From Okamejei kenojei (Eukaryota), in the NCBI GenBank assembly GCA_035221665.1, contig CM069136.1, positions 61,752,001-61,816,000 of the forward strand: a DNA stretch of 64,000 nt, read 5' to 3'. Under the pieces are notes generated by a model. It was not told where the DNA came from and made no database searches. It saw only the letters and a program-made list of their open reading frames with translations. Position 1 is the first letter of the stretch. Each line of letters opens with the position of its first letter. Positions 38,549-53,475 of the stretch are shown here, piece by piece. The position numbers and the translations under genes are program-made.

Positions 38549-39308
38549 GTTAGAAGTTATTGGATTAGATGATTATGTGTCATTTTTACTTCAGCTGTTT
38601 TTATTGCTTTGGTTTTATTGAGTTTTACAGTATATATTACTTAAATGTTTTGTGATGTTTAACTGTTAAATTTCATTTTTTTGAAAACCCTACTGAGCAA
38701 TGATTGGCGATCCTAATTGCGTGAATTTATTGAACTGTTTACTATTTGACGTGGTATTTTTGGTCCTTGTTACCTTTTTTTCTTCGGTTTATCTGTCTTT
38801 AAATTGGCTTCCATACCCAGTAGATTGTGAACTATCTTCAATCAGACAGAGAAGAAAAAAAGTCTGTGAACTACTTGGATGGCAAACTAACAATTTGATT
38901 TATTTCAGCTTTGTAATTAGTAAATAGATTTTGATGCCTCTGCAATGCATAATTGTTCAGATCTACAAGATTTGTAGCTAGAATGAATTATTTCAGATTT
39001 TTTTTTTATGATTTGGAAAAAAAAACTTTGTCTATCCTTGACTTCCTCCTAAAGTATGGCTTAAATTGGAGGCTTGTCATTAGGAAAAAGTGTAGGACTT
39101 AGCATATATATATGGAGAATGTGCTCCAATGACCTCTGGTTTATTTGGAAGCACAAGCACTATACGAGTCTTTTAAAAGTGTAAAATTTGGGGTATTTAT
39201 GCTTGAATTATCATCTCACTTATTCAACCTTAACGATAGGTTGGTGGTTTCTAGTTCGATTATAAACTTCTATTCTTTTTGTTTTTCTTGAATTTAAAAA
39301 ATCCAAAG

Positions 39309-39460
39309 GTATTGACTTATCATGGATTTTATGATGAAAATTTGGAATGGGTTGGATTGGAACATATTCAGATTGTGTCTTCGATGTTAGTTGGTGGTGC
39401 AATGGGACGGCATGCCCTAACAACAAGATTTACATCTATTGTCAGGATCTGTACAATCAA
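39309..39460 (+). CDS. DYNC2H1: DYNC2H1 exon D, copy 2, intact
   Basis: 152 bp, one substitution (TCA to TTA, S to L). Confidence 0.9.
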
Positions 39461-40416
39461 GTAAGTATTACAATGTCCATCTTCTATGGTCAAAGTTATT
39501 TGTGAGTTCACAAGGTTAATTCCCGGGATGGCGGGACTGACATATGCTGAGAGTGGAGGTTGGTGTGGGCTTTGTATACTCTGGAATTTAGAAGGATGAG
39601 AGGATATTTTATTTGAAACATATAAGGGATTTATTAAGGGTTTGGACACGCTTGAGGCAGGAAAAATGTTCCCTATGTTGGGGGAGTCCAGAACCAGGGG
39701 CCACAGTTTAAGAATAAGGGGTAAGCCAATTTAGAACGGAGACGAGGAAACACTTTTTCTCACAGAGAGTTGTGAGTGGGGAATCCCGCCTCCACTCTGA
39801 GGGGGCGGTGGAGGCCGGTTCTTCTGAATACTTTCAAGGACCGAGCTAGATAGGGCTCTTAAAGATAGACGGGATATGGGGGAGAAGGCAGGAACGAGGT
39901 ACAGATTGTGAATGATCAGCCATGATCACATTGAATGGCGGTGCTGGCTCGAAGGTCCGAATGGCCTTCTCCTGCACCTATTGTCTATTGTCTATAAAGG
40001 CATTTCAGCATGGTGGATTGTTAAATGTAATGCACTGGGTATGGTCACACAAACTCACATAATGTATTCTGAGAGGCTCTGCTCCTTTTAGTCATCGAAC
40101 GGATACAAAAAAAAGCAAAGAAGAAATACATATCTTATGCTTTAAAAAATTTACCATACTAAATGATCACAATAAGAAAAGTATAAGTGCTGTGCAAGAA
40201 ACAGGACTGACATGAGGTTCTGTGATCAGTAATTTGCAGCTAGGAGCTTAGTTTTTTATCACCTCACCAGATCATCTACAGCCTTGCCATTTGCATTTGC
40301 TGGCAGGCCAAAAGCAAGTGTCAATTAAAGTACTATAGAGTGGGTATGTTGTTTATTATGTAGGGCTTTGATTAAAAAAAAATTCAGATCCCATTTATCC
40401 CAGCCTCAGCAACCTA

Positions 40417-41380
40417 TCTATCTATCTATACATAATTAAAACTCTTATCCTGTTATCTTCCGGTTTGCATTGTTTTTACATTTTCGCAAAAATGGTACAA
40501 GATAGTGCTGCGATTGGTGGTATATTTTAAAAGTTATTAAGGTTTAAATAGCTTTAAAACCGCGCATGCATAGATTGGTCTGCTCTCCTGTCAGTCACCG
40601 CCTGGACGGTGATGACGCCCATTCTTGCACCATCGTCGCACTGATTGGCCGCGTCCGCTGTCAGTCACCGGCATCTGGTCGCCTCTAACGGCGCACGGCT
40701 GTAGCTGCAGGAGCGCCGGGGCTGCGCTTGGCTCTGAGGGCACTGACGGCTGATGGTCCTCTGGGGCACACAAGAAGGGAGAGGAGGGGCAACCTCACGA
40801 TCCCAGGGAGGTGATGAGGGAGAATGGGGGGAGTGGAGGGAGAGTGGGGGAGGTGTGGAGGGGGACTGGGGCGATTGAGGGAGAGGAGGGGGTAGGGAGG
40901 GGAAAGAGGGAGAGGTGAGGAGGGGAGAGTGGGGGAGGAGAGGGATAGAGGGAGAGGATGGGGGGTAGGGAGCGGGGAGGTAGCGAGTGGGAAGTGTAGG
41001 AGGAGAGGAGAAAGAAGAGGGAGGAGGTGAGTAGGGAGTTGGGGAGGAGGGGGAATAGTGGAGGAGGTAGGGCGTGGGGAAATAGAGGGAGAGGAGGCAG
41101 TGGGGGAGGTTGTGAGGGATAGGTGGGGGTAGGGAGTGGAGAGTAGTTATGGAGGGAGTGACTGAAGGTAGGGTAAAGGAGAGGTGGGGAAGGGGAGGAA
41201 GAGGGGGAAAGAAGAGGGAGGGTGAAGGGGTAGGAGAGAGAGCACTGGGGATGATGGGAAATGAGCCGCGCCTGCGCACTTGTGGCTATGGGTGAATGGT
41301 GGAATATTGCGTTGGACGGGTTGCGTTGGGGGACCAGGCCTCCTGTGTGACAGGGACCCAGCAGGTCCCACTTAGTCTAG
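40417..41380 (+). mobile_element. Helitron-like element, copy 2
   Basis: Duplicate of 10128-11093. Confidence 0.65.
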
Positions 41381-41582
41381 TGAACATTAAAAAGGGATGG
41401 GTGTCAGAAAGAATGCCAGTAGTTACAGGTATAATTAACTGCCTGCCTGCCTGCCAGTGGTGTGCCAGGAGCATGGGTGGATGGTGAAATTCATCCCTGA
41501 ATTGTCATATGGAAAGTGCAATATGGTGGTAAAGTCCCATTCTTCTTGTTGAGAAATATGAATTCTTAATTTGTGATTTCAG

Positions 41583-41727
41583 CTATCCTGATAGAGAGCA
41601 ACTGCAGGCAATATACAGTGTTTATTTACAGCCTGTGCTGCATAAGAATCTAAAAAAACATCCTGTATGGGGGAGTGTTACCAGAATACATCAGCTGGCC
41701 AGCTCACTGGTACAAGTTTATGAACAG
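41583..41727 (+). CDS. DYNC2H1: DYNC2H1 exon E, copy 2, intact
   Basis: 145 bp, same as 11296-11440. Confidence 0.93.
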
Positions 41728-42645
41728 GTATGTTGTAACTTGATATCTTGGTATACTTCACACTAAATTTAATTTATTGTTTAATTAATGCTGGCGTGAC
41801 ATTAGCACTGAGAAAGGTTGATGATGATGGCAAAGTTATTGAATAGGAGAGTGAGTGCTGACATCTTTCACCGGGCCATGGTGTATTTCTGTTCCTATAT
41901 TAATCTGCCACTGTCTCTACCTCTGAGGAATGTGATAGCTTGCTCAACCAGGAACTTCCGTAACCAGATACAGCACCACTAACAAAATATTATATATTTT
42001 TTCTGTTAGTGCCAAGGTAATGCTGATTACTGTTTATGGACATCCAGCAGAGGTAGGGATGGTAGATATAAGGTAGAAATAGCAGGAAATGCCCAGCGGG
42101 TTAGGCAACATTGGTGGAGCGAGTTAACTTTGAAGGTGATGATATCTCTTCAGAACTGTATTCATGGTTATGATGGTAGACACGATTTGCAAATTTAAAA
42201 AAAAGTCCAGCCAAAAATCAGAAAAACATAATAGATCAATTGACACTCCCAGACCTGAGGTTTTCTTGGGCATAGAAACATCAAAATCCTAATGCAGATG
42301 GATTTTCATATACCTTTTCCTGCTGCCAGCTGGTACCTGTAAATTCGGCCAATGTGAGGAAATCCTCCAGAATTTGTTGGTGGAACTGGTTGATTGGAAT
42401 TCCTGACCTGTCACAAATACAGTCTTGTTTGTTGAGGAAGAAACTGCAGATGCTGGTTTACACCGAAGATAGACACAAAATGCTGGAGTAACTCAGAGGG
42501 TCAGGCAGCATCTCTGGAGAAAAGGAATAGGCGACATTTCGGGTCGAGACCCTTCTTCAGACTGAGCATGAAAATTAGATAAATATTTGTCATTGTTTGC
42601 AAGAAACATGAAAACAGTTAATTTTAAGACCAGTAAACTAAAATG

Positions 42646-45600
42646 AATAGGAAGATTAAATAAGAACTTACCAGTTTGAAGTTTGATCTTTATTTTATGA
42701 GGAGTTACGATGAGGGATTACGTGAAGAAGCCCGCCAGCCCGCATGAGCTTCAACCTTCAAAGCAGCGGTGTGAAATAACAGAAACCCAGTTGCTGAACT
42801 GATAATAGAAAGATTCGAGAAAACTAGAACTACCAGCTGACTTGATGAGAAGGGTTGAGAGCGGAGTGTAGGTAATCCCAAATCGTAACTCCTCATAAAA
42901 TAAAGATCAAACTTCAAACTGGTGAGCTCGTTTCATCTTCCTATTTTACTTCGGATTCACATGAGTGACTACATGAAGAATTCAAAGCTCTGTGATTTCA
43001 TGCCGCGAACACGAGTCCATGCCACACACTGCATTAGTTAACCAGAAATGATTGAAAAGATAACGCATTCAGACATGACATAGATTTAAAACATTAATAA
43101 TGATGCAAATGATAATAATAATAGCGATCCCTACATCCGGGAAAGCAAATTATTGAACAGAACTTAAAATTGAGTTGGCAAACGAACCCGGCCTGGCAAT
43201 CGGTTTATTATAAAAGGTTTGGAAAGCCTGCTCATTCGACCATCTTGCTGTCGCTAGGATGCGGTCCAGCAGAACCCCCATGAATCTCTCTGCTGATGTT
43301 GTTGCAGCTCTGATGGAGTGAGATTTAAAATATCAGAGTTCACTCCTGCACAAGCCAATACATGTCTTAACCATCTGGAGATGGTCTGCACTGAAACCTT
43401 TGTGTGGTTTTTTTTGTGGCTAATTAACATTGCCAGCTTAGTGCCTCTAAGGTTCTTTGTAGCCTTAAAAATATTGATGAATATGTGTGACAACACACAA
43501 TCTATGCCAGAATTCCAGCTTTAGACCTAACAACCCCGGTCTGCTATGTTTAATTAGCTCATTGCATAGAACGTTATTTTGTAGTTAGATATAACCATTC
43601 TGTCCAAAAGTGCCTTGTCAGTATATTTGCTGCTGGGATCGGGACACCACTCTGTCGGGTCACACCCTTATGCTGACAAGGCACTTTTGGCACAGTCAAC
43701 GGCACTATAACATAACCTTTATCAAAGAATAATTTTGAAAGAAACTACAAAACGTCAGTTATCCGTGCCGTATTATACGTTATATTAGAATTTAAACAAA
43801 ACACTTCCCATCTCCTGATGTAGGAAATGTTACTGCTTCTTGGTGCTATCTCTGCAAGCTGCAGTGATCACGTCCATGGTTCGGTCTGACAACCCGAGCC
43901 TCAGGACAGGTGTTTTTTAGAGTCTGCAAATCAATAAATTGATTCTATATACAGAGGGTGGGCTTCCCGAGTCACGGGATGAACCAGCAAATTTCTGTGT
44001 TTTAGAAATAACCATATAAGGTTCTATTATCATTCCCAACATCAGTGGGAACCATGGCTACGTAGGCCAGTTAGGCACTATCAAAATGCCTGAAATGCCA
44101 AAATATTCAAAAATCTTGCTGGATTTTTTGCAAGACCCGACTGATGAGGCAAATTGGAGGAAAGGCATAAAAGCACATTCCTCCCCAGTGTAGCGAGAAT
44201 GCATCCATCGCCACTGACCCTCCGATGTTCCATACCGAGCAACAATGTCGGTAAATACTTTATGATCCAACATCCATTCTGTGTTGTCATTGAGTTTGCA
44301 TGGCCTGGTGTCCGCCACCATGTTAAACCTACCTGGCAAGTAGGTAGCTGAAATCCAAATGCTTTTCACCATACACCAGTGCCAAATAAGGTTAGCTAAA
44401 TTAACTCGGGATACTGACTTGATTCCACCCACTAATATATGCCACCGCTGTAGTGTTGTCAATCTGTAGTTAAAACATGCAGAGTATGCATATTCTCACA
44501 ATAAGATTGTAACCTATAAAAATGCCCCCAGCATCTCCAGGTAGTTGATACCATGTAACTGAAGAATTTGATAACTCATGCACATTCCATCTTCCACCGC
44601 CGCTAGGGATGGTATAAGTAGCTCCTCATCCTTGAGCACTAGCATCGGTTTGTAATATAACTGGAATTTTACTGACCAAATGTTACTGGAGGAATGCTGA
44701 ATATTGGTTGACCCCACTGTAATTCTGATATAGCTTCAGCTGGTAACAGCATAGGTCTGTTAAAACGACCTAAATGGTATTTGAGTGCTTGCTCCTTTGC
44801 ATGTTGTAAATTCTGATAATGCAAAGGACCAAATTGTGCAGCTGGAAAAAACAGCCACTAATTTACCAATTACATTAGTCACCTGTCGAATAGATGGCTG
44901 TTTCATACAACAAGGTTGTTACAGGCTTCTATTGATTCTGATCTCTTGCCCCAGGGCAGATTCATGGACATATTAATAGAGTTAATGGTAAACCCCAAAT
45001 AATTAATAACTCTAGTTGGTATCAACTTGGGTTTAACTGGATGGATGAGAAACCCCAACTTCTCAAATATGAGTTTTGTGACTGAAATCTGCCAATTTAG
45101 CCAGTTTCAGCGTTTTCCCTGTGATGAGAAAATCATCCAAATATGTCATGACAATGTGTTTTCAAGCTCTAAGTGGCCCAACCACCGGCTTTAATACTTT
45201 GGTAAATAACATGGGCTGAAGTTGACCCATTATGCAACGCTTTAAACTGCCACAGTTTCCCCATCCAGCTAAATTTCAAATATCTCCGGTGATCCCTGTG
45301 AATGGGCACCGAATAGTATGCATCTTTGAGATCGATGCATGCCATAAAGCATCCTTTGGAAATCAGTTGTTTGGCAGTAACAAAGTTTTCCATTTTGAAA
45401 CGTCTATACTGCACATAAGAGTTAGTTGTGTTAAATCAAGGATGATCCGACATCCTCCATCTTTCTTTTTTGGAGGCGCAGGGTGTCGTCACTGAAACGG
45501 TGAAGCTTTGCTTGTCATGGGTGCTTTAATTAACTCGACAGCTTTTGCTTCCTCATCCAGATCTTTTACGTGTTTGGATATCTTTTGTTTGGAAAATTCA

Positions 45601-47247
45601 ACTTCGAACCCTTGTATACTGTGCAGTATATACTGATATGATGTTATTCTACGATTCTATAAACAGATCTGATATCCATTGCCATTCGTGGAAAAAACCA
45701 AGTGTAATCTATCACCAGCTTGTAACTGGTCCACACACCCCATGTTTTGGAAAGAACCAGACCCACCTACCTCCATGGTTACCGGTGGTCTTATGGCAAG
45801 CCCAAAGGCCCCTGATGTGTGTTTTATTTCCGTCCTTGAATTTTGGAGGGTAGGACTGCTGGGGTGCATGGATTGCGCATTTTCCCTGAGGGCCGGCTTG
45901 GGCCTTGGCCTAAAAGACCTCTGCCCAGAGAATCAACTTTCAAGCTGCCACAAGCTTCAGTGAACCTCTTACTGCCGATGGAGTCGTAGGGGTGTTGTCG
46001 CTGAAACGGTGAAGCTTTGCTCGTCGTTGGTACCTTGATTAGTCTGACAGCTTTTGCTTCCTCATCCAGGTCTTTTACTTGTTTGGGTAGGTCTTCCCCG
46101 AAGAGAAGATTTGGCGGCTGGACATTGCTCGCCTTGCATAAGCCTGCAAATTTGGGATTTAAGGCAGGTCTGATGGCGTTTTTCTGAAAGCAGTTCATTT
46201 TGAAGTGTGCATTGCACATCAACGCCAGGGCATCCTGCTGGACGTCCGATAAGGGCCCCATCCACAGATCTGGCAAATGCCGTGATGCCTGAGGCCAGTA
46301 ATTTTTAAATCATTTGTTGGAGTTTTCACTTCCTGAGTTTTGACGCCCCCCCCCCAATGTCTCCCCAGATCACGCTGTTCACTGCTGGCACTTTCAGGAA
46401 TGCACAATTTACAGGTGTATGGTATTCTGCAGCTGTTACCTGGTGCTGTAGTGACGTGAGGTAGCTGATGCTAGAAGCCAAATCTGCTTGCAGCAGCTCA
46501 TTTGTTTGCGAGGGTATCACAACGTTTAATGCCATAAACAGACAATTTTTGAACCTCACGCATGTATTCCAGTATATTCCACGGACATTCTTTCGAATTC
46601 GGAGTCAGTTATACACTGACCCCTGGCACTCCCCTCCACAGAGAGGTAGATTTTTAAGCAGCCCTGAAATAGGCGCTGCCGCAGGCCCCCGAGGATACCT
46701 GCTCTGATTTGGCACCGTTTCACTGAGCATATCATGATGGAGCATTCTCTGTGGGATAAACGCCTGGGGACGCTATCCATGCTCCATCTGGGATCAATGC
46801 CCGAAGACGCTACCCATATTTGTCGGAGGGGAACCCTCCTGGCCTAACTCGTCCGAGTCCACAGGCCTCTCAGACTCCGTTTGACTGTACACCCTTTTGG
46901 GGCTGCCAAAGTCTGAAGTCGCTGAATGCACTGTCAGCGACTCGGGTAGCGAACCCGACGGCCGACGGCTACCTGCACTTCCGCGGTCCTCCGTAGCCGG
47001 TTTCCCCGCGGCCCGTCTGGATTTCGCCCTGGATATCCTTATCCGCAGAAATCTCTAAAAGAGATTTTCCCCCAACCAAAAATAGAACCTGAGAATAAGT
47101 TTAAAACTTACCTGCAGGCTTTTGAAACTTACCGCTGGAGGAGCGACGCTCCTCCCAGCCAGTCGTGGCGCCATGCTTAGACGTATAGACGTGCATGCAG
47201 TCTGGGGGGCTTCTTCATGTAGTCACTCATGTGACTCAGAAGTAAAA
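42646..47247 (-). mobile_element. DIRS #2, copy 2
   Basis: Duplicate of 12359-16974 with a few SNPs and indels. Confidence 0.92.
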
Positions 47248-49482
47248 TCATTACATTTTTCATCATCTTCAGTCACAATCACAATAATACTTGATTAGCC
47301 AAGTATGTTTTGCAATATACGAGGAATTTTATTTGCCAAGTCAGTCATACAAGTAAAAAGCAATGGAACACACAAAATACATTTGAACATAAACATCCAC
47401 CACAGTAACTCCTCCACGTTCCTCACTGTGATGGAAGGTGAAAGACAAGTTCAAATCTCTTCTCTCCTTTGCTCTCCCATGGTCGGAGGCCTCGAGCCAT
47501 CTGTTGACGGGATGATCTTGACTCCCGTAGCCGGCGGAGTTTTGGCCCTCCTCATCGGGGCAATCAGCTCCTGCATCGGGGGGATGTCGGCTCCTCTGCG
47601 CCAGGCAATCGAACCCCGTGTCGGGGCTGGTCAAGCCTCTGTTGTTGGAGCTCCCAACTAGCCTCTCCTGAGACGGCGAGCTCTTGATGTAAAGTTCATA
47701 GGCCGCAGTTGGAGGGATCCCAGGCCCCGCGGTGGGGCTCAAAGTCAGTCCGAGGAGGCCTCCAGCTCCATCGATGCAATCCGGAAAATAATTGCATCTC
47801 CGGCAAGGTAAGAAACTGAAATAAAGGTTTGCTCGATCCCCTCCATCTCCCCCCACATAAAACAAACCGGAGAATATTTATACAGACTTTTAAAACGCAC
47901 TAAAAATTAAAAAAGGCGAAAAAAAAAAAAAACAGATAGACTTTGGCGGGGCTGCCAATTCTGCGCGCCCTGGTGGGGCTTTGATACATAGTTTTATAAA
48001 ATGACATAAAAAATCAAGTTAGGTCCGAGATAGGCTGGTGTGTCGAAGACTGCATGTGGTGCTGTTCCCATGCACTTGCCCTTGTCTTCTTTGATGCTGG
48101 AAGTTGGGTATTGGGAGAAATTGTCACTTATTTGGTGCTGTATTTTTTTTCAAAAATACTAAATTTGAGTGAAAAAAACATGAAAGACTTTATGTAATTT
48201 TTTTTTCTCTGAGTATTTTTCTTAATATTATTCAATGGTTCAATGGTCCTTTATTATATGTACTGAGGTACAGTGAAATTTGATTTGCCATACAGTCATA
48301 CCAATAAAGCAACAAAATACAAAACTACATAAAAATTTAAACAAAAACAGCCACCACAGCGGCGTGTGAGAATCCCTAGGGCACACAGAATACGTGGAGA
48401 CCCACAGCCATCAGTTCTATGTCTGGGCTACGCACACGCTCCTTCACCATGATGTGACCAGAGTTATACCAATCGCTGTCATTCTCACTACAGTCCCTGT
48501 CCACCCGAACAGTTAGAAAGCCATTCACACTCGCATCAGACTCCAGGATGTTCTCACAGCGTGTTTGCCCTGCAAACACCGAGTTCACTGCACTCCGATT
48601 CCCCACCAGCGCAGGCAGCACGTCCATCTTGTTTTTCGACGACCTCTCATTCCCCACTGTGATGGAAGGCGAATAACTTTTACCTTCCTCCTTTTCTCCC
48701 GCCGTCGGGGCGATCGAAACATGCGCAGTCGGGGCGATCGAAGCTCCCGCAGTCGGCGATGGAAGCCCCAGCAATGGGCGATCAGGGCTCCCGCGATCGG
48801 GGTGGTCGAAGCTCCTGCCGTTTGAGTTTCCGAAGTCAATCACTAACAAAGGGACTGCCAGCTCCACGATGTTAGGCCGCAGTCCGGATGGAGATACGAT
48901 TTGGAAAAAGTTGCATCTTCATCGAGGGAAGAGATAAAAAAAGTTTTCCCCCCCACATAATACAAAACTAAAGATACACTAATACATACAAATAAAACAG
49001 ACTTAAAACAAACAAAAGAAGAAGGGACGAGACAGGCTGTTGGCAATATTATGCTTGAATTTTTAAATTGCATTCCTATTCTGCAAAACTTTACAAAGAA
49101 AATTTGGAAATTATTATGTAGAAACAAGGAACTGCAGATGCTAGTTTACAAAGAAGAATTCTGACAAATGCTGGCATGCTGACATTTCTTTACAAAGAGA
49201 GATGCTGGTTTACTGCTGGAGTAACTCAGCAGGCCCAGGCGCTATCCCTGGAGAACAAGGATAGATGACGTTTTGGGTCGAGACCCTTCTTCAGATTATT
49301 GTGGTACATTCCAGTTGAACATCATTTTGACCACTGGCAATTGCATAGTGTAGCTCCGATTGAAAATTGTTTAGAACTGTTGAAACAGCTGTCGGGTTGG
49401 TAAGGACACTTAAAAAATTGGCTTGTTGATTTAAATTGTTTTCATTTTCTATCAGTAATAAACTGATTTCTGTTCAATGCAG

Positions 49483-49585
49483 GTTCGAATAAAGTTTACA
49501 GTGGATGACAATGGACACTACCTCTTTACTCCTTGCATTCTTACTCAATGGGTACTTGGACTATTTCGATATGACCTTGCAGGAG
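49483..49585 (+). CDS. DYNC2H1: DYNC2H1 exon F, copy 2, intact
   Basis: 103 bp, same as 19206-19308. Confidence 0.93.
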
Positions 49586-51482
49586 GTAAGATCCTTTATC
49601 AGCTAGAATTCATATTTTCTTTTTGTCTCTTTCCAACTTAATTGTGAATTGAATATTTCAATTCTGTAATCATCAACAAAATGATTACCTGAGAGGGACA
49701 AGAAATGCTGGAATCTGGCAAAGAAAAAGATAGTTGTTGGATAAAAAGTTAGTGGATCAGGCAGCATCTGTGTAGGGAAATTAGACATTTTGGGTGGATA
49801 TCCTTCATGTGCCCTGTGCAGCAGCAGGCAGAAGCAATAGGCCTACCAGGGCTGTTCCTCCTTGGATAGTGTATGAGAAGGGATTAGCTCTCATGCCAGG
49901 GATTAGCGCTCATTACAAACCTTGATACTTGGTCATCTGCTTAAATCGCCTCAATTGCTATACATTTCTGAGAAAAAAGTTAATATGGTTCATGCACTGC
50001 CACCCAGTGGTTTTGCTACATAAGTGCATTGACAGTTGGGGAAAAAAATGATATTGCTTTGAAAATTAAAAAAAACTCTCTGATGCTGGAAACCTATAAT
50101 AAAAACACGATGCTGGAAATATGCAGCAGGACAGATTGTATCTGTGGGTAGAATTAATTTTTCAGGTCAATGATCGTCTGTCAAAACTGCATGAAGGCCT
50201 TGACAAAGTCGAGGACTAGAACGTATCCTTTGTTCTTTTGTCTAAGAATCCAGCAGATTGTAGGCTTGTGAGTTTTCGTCAATAGCTTCACTGGCTGGGT
50301 GAGGCAGGTGAAGCTGTTAGAGAGGGTTCTTAGGAACAGGATTTGGTTGCATTTGACGAAGCTTGAGGTTATTGGGGATAATTAGAATGGCTTTGTTTGG
50401 CAGGTCATGTCTTGATTGTTTTTTTTGCAGAAGTAACAAAGGTGATTGATGAAGGTAGGGAGGTGGGTGTTGCTTACATGGACTTAGCACTTGACAAGGT
50501 CCCTCATGGCAGGGTGATCCAGAAGTTTAGGCACATGGGATCCACAGTAAATTGGTAGATTGGATTCAAAATTGTTTGGCCACACAAGGCACAAGGCAGT
50601 GGTAGAAATGTTTCTCTGACTGTAGGTCTGCAACCTATTTTCTTCACAGGGGTCAGTACTGGCACTTCCATTTATATAAATGACTTTGATGAAAATATAG
50701 ATAGGTTGATTAGTAAGTTTGCAGATGACATACAAAATGGTGATAGACACAAAAACTCTGGCAGCATCTCTGGAAAGAAGGAATGGGTGAGGTTTCAGGT
50801 CGAGACCCTTAAGGTTGCCAAAGGAAAGAGCAGAATATTGACCAGTTGGAGATATGGCCGGTAAAATGGCTGATGGAGTTAAATCCACAAAACTGTGAGG
50901 CTTTCCATTTTGGGAGGTTTAGTTTAGTTTAGTTTATTATTGTCACATGTACTGAGGTACATTGAAACACCTTTTGGTTGTGTTCTATCCAGTCAATGAA
51001 AACACTATATTGATTACAATCAAGCTGTCCACAGTGTGCAGATATTGGATAAATGGTATATTATTTAGTGCAAGAGAAAGTCCGATTAAGGCTGGTTCAA
51101 AGATCTCCACTGAGGTACATGGGAGGTCAGGACAACGCTCTAGCGTGAGAGGAAAGTGTACAGTTAATGGTAAGAACCTTAGGAGCACTAATTTACTGAG
51201 GATATCTTGTCTTGCAAATGCATAGCTCTCTGAAAGTGGCAATACAAGTAGCTGAGATGGTAAAGAATCTTAAGACATTGAATAAAAAGACAAAGTTGTG
51301 TCACAGTTTTATAGAACTTTGGTTAGGCCACATTTGGAGTATTGTGTGCCATTCTGTTCACTGCATTGCAGGAAATATATGGAGGCTGTGAAGAGGGTGC
51401 AGAAGAAGTTCACCAGCACGTTTCCTGAATTAGAGAGCATTAGCTATAAATTTATGTTTTTGGTTGAATTGATTGATTGATT

Positions 51483-51791
51483 GAAAGATACAATATGGAA
51501 ACAGGCCCTTCAGCCCACTGAGTCCACAGTGACTATCGATTCCTCATTAACATTAGTTCTATGTTACCTCCCTTTCACATTTATATTCCTATATACAAGG
51601 ACCTAGTTAGAGGCCATTTCACAGACAAACCTACAATGTCTTTGGAATGTGGGAAAAAACCAAAGCACCCAGAGGAAATCTATGCAGTCACAGGGAGAAC
51701 TTGCAAACTCCACTCAGACAACACCCAAGGATCGAACCCGGATCTCTGACGTTGTGAGGCGGCAGCCGTACCAGCTACGCCACTGTACCAC
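51483..51791 (-). mobile_element. tRNA-derived V-SINE-like element, copy 2
   Basis: A and B boxes on the minus strand. Duplicate of 21203-21509. Confidence 0.75.
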
Positions 51792-53307
51792 CTCAATAGT
51801 TAAAGATATTTGACCAGTAATCCAGGAATTCTGCAATTGTCCACCAAAAAATTGTGGAACACAATTCAATGTATCAATGCTAATACCTGAAAAGTGGCTG
51901 CAAGAACTATTGGATTAATACCAAAACCTAAGTAGTTCACAGATGTCTTTTAGGGAAACAAATCTGTCACCAATCTGGTTTGTGTCATAAGTTTGTGCTA
52001 TATGAACTTGTGCAATGTTCTGGGAGTGGGTTAGCAGATCAATTCAGTTATCTAATTAATTGCAACAAAGTAGGTCCACCACCACCTTTTTAGACTGGTG
52101 ACAATCAGTAATACCTGTTTTTTATTTTGCGCATTTTAGTGTCATAGTCTCATAGTCATACAGCATAGAAACGGGCTCTTTGGCCTAATTTGTCCATGCC
52201 GACCAACATGCCCCATCCTACGTGTCTGCTTTTGGTCATATCCTTCTGAACCTATCCTATCCATGTACCTGTCAAATTGTTTTTTAGACTTTGTGATAGT
52301 GCCTGCCTCAACCACCTCCTCTGGCAGCTCATCCATATACCTAACACATTTTGTGTAAAAAAGCTGCCCCTCAGGTTCTTTGTTATGTATGGATTTGCAA
52401 GGATTATGTGGCCGAACAATTATATACTTTGAAATTTATTGGCACCTTGCCTCCTATTATCTGATTTATCATTGATTACTTTTATTTTATCCTTTATTAG
52501 AAAGCATGCTTATTTCATATTTCCTTAATGTGTGTCTGCATTTTCATTCAACTATTCAGAATACAGTATGAATCTTAGCAATTATCATTGAATATAAATT
52601 CAATGAATCTGAAGAAGGGTCTCGACCTGAAAAATCTCCCATTCCTTCTCTGCAGAGATGCTGCCTGTTCTGCTGAGTTACTCCAGCATTTTGTGTCTAT
52701 CTTTGATTTAAACCAGCATCTGCAGTTCTTTCCTACACAATATAAATTTAGGTTTAGGTTTATTATTGTCATGTGTACTGAGGTACCGTGAAAAGCTTTG
52801 TTTTGCCTGCTGTTCAAGCAAATCAGTTAATACTATACATAAATATAATACCAAATTCCAATACCACAGAGGAAAATACAAATTGCAGAATATAGTTCTC
52901 AGCATTGTAATGCACTTGTTCCAGAGACAAAGTCCAATGTCCACAATGGGATTGAGGTTAATTGGACAGTGCCCCATATGATTGAAGGACCATTCCGCAC
53001 CCTGATAACGAAGGGGAAGAAGCTGCTCCTGAGTCCTGCTTTTAATCATCAGTGTCTTCTGCTCAATGGGAGCAGGGAGAAGAAGGAATGACCAGGGTGG
53101 GACAGTTTTTGATTATGTTGGGCATCTTTCCGAGGCAGCGTGAAGTGTAGATGGAGTCAATGGTGGGTCTGTGTTATGGACTCGGCTATAGCTACAATTC
53201 TCTGCAATTTCTTGCAGTCTTGTGCGGAGCTGTTCCCACAATATTTTACACGCGTTTTCCATTAACATTTCATCATCAATTGAGATTGTTTTGATAATTG
53301 TTTGTAG

Positions 53308-53475
53308 ATGGATCACAACAATCAGCGGACCATGTGCTTGAAGTCGTGGCATATGAGGCGCATCGTTTGTTCCGTGACCGCATAGTAGGATCCAAAAACC
53401 TACTTATTTTTGATAACATTTTAATATCAGTTATTCGAGGAGATTGGGGATCAGATTTACTGGACAACATGAAGG
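53308..53475 (+). CDS. DYNC2H1: Dynein-2 heavy chain exon G (168 bp), intact
   Basis: gtag|AT. Encodes GSQQSADHVLEVVAYEAHRLFRDRIVGSKNLLIFDNILISVIRGDWGSDLLDNMK G|gtaat. Phase matches exon F. Confidence 0.95.
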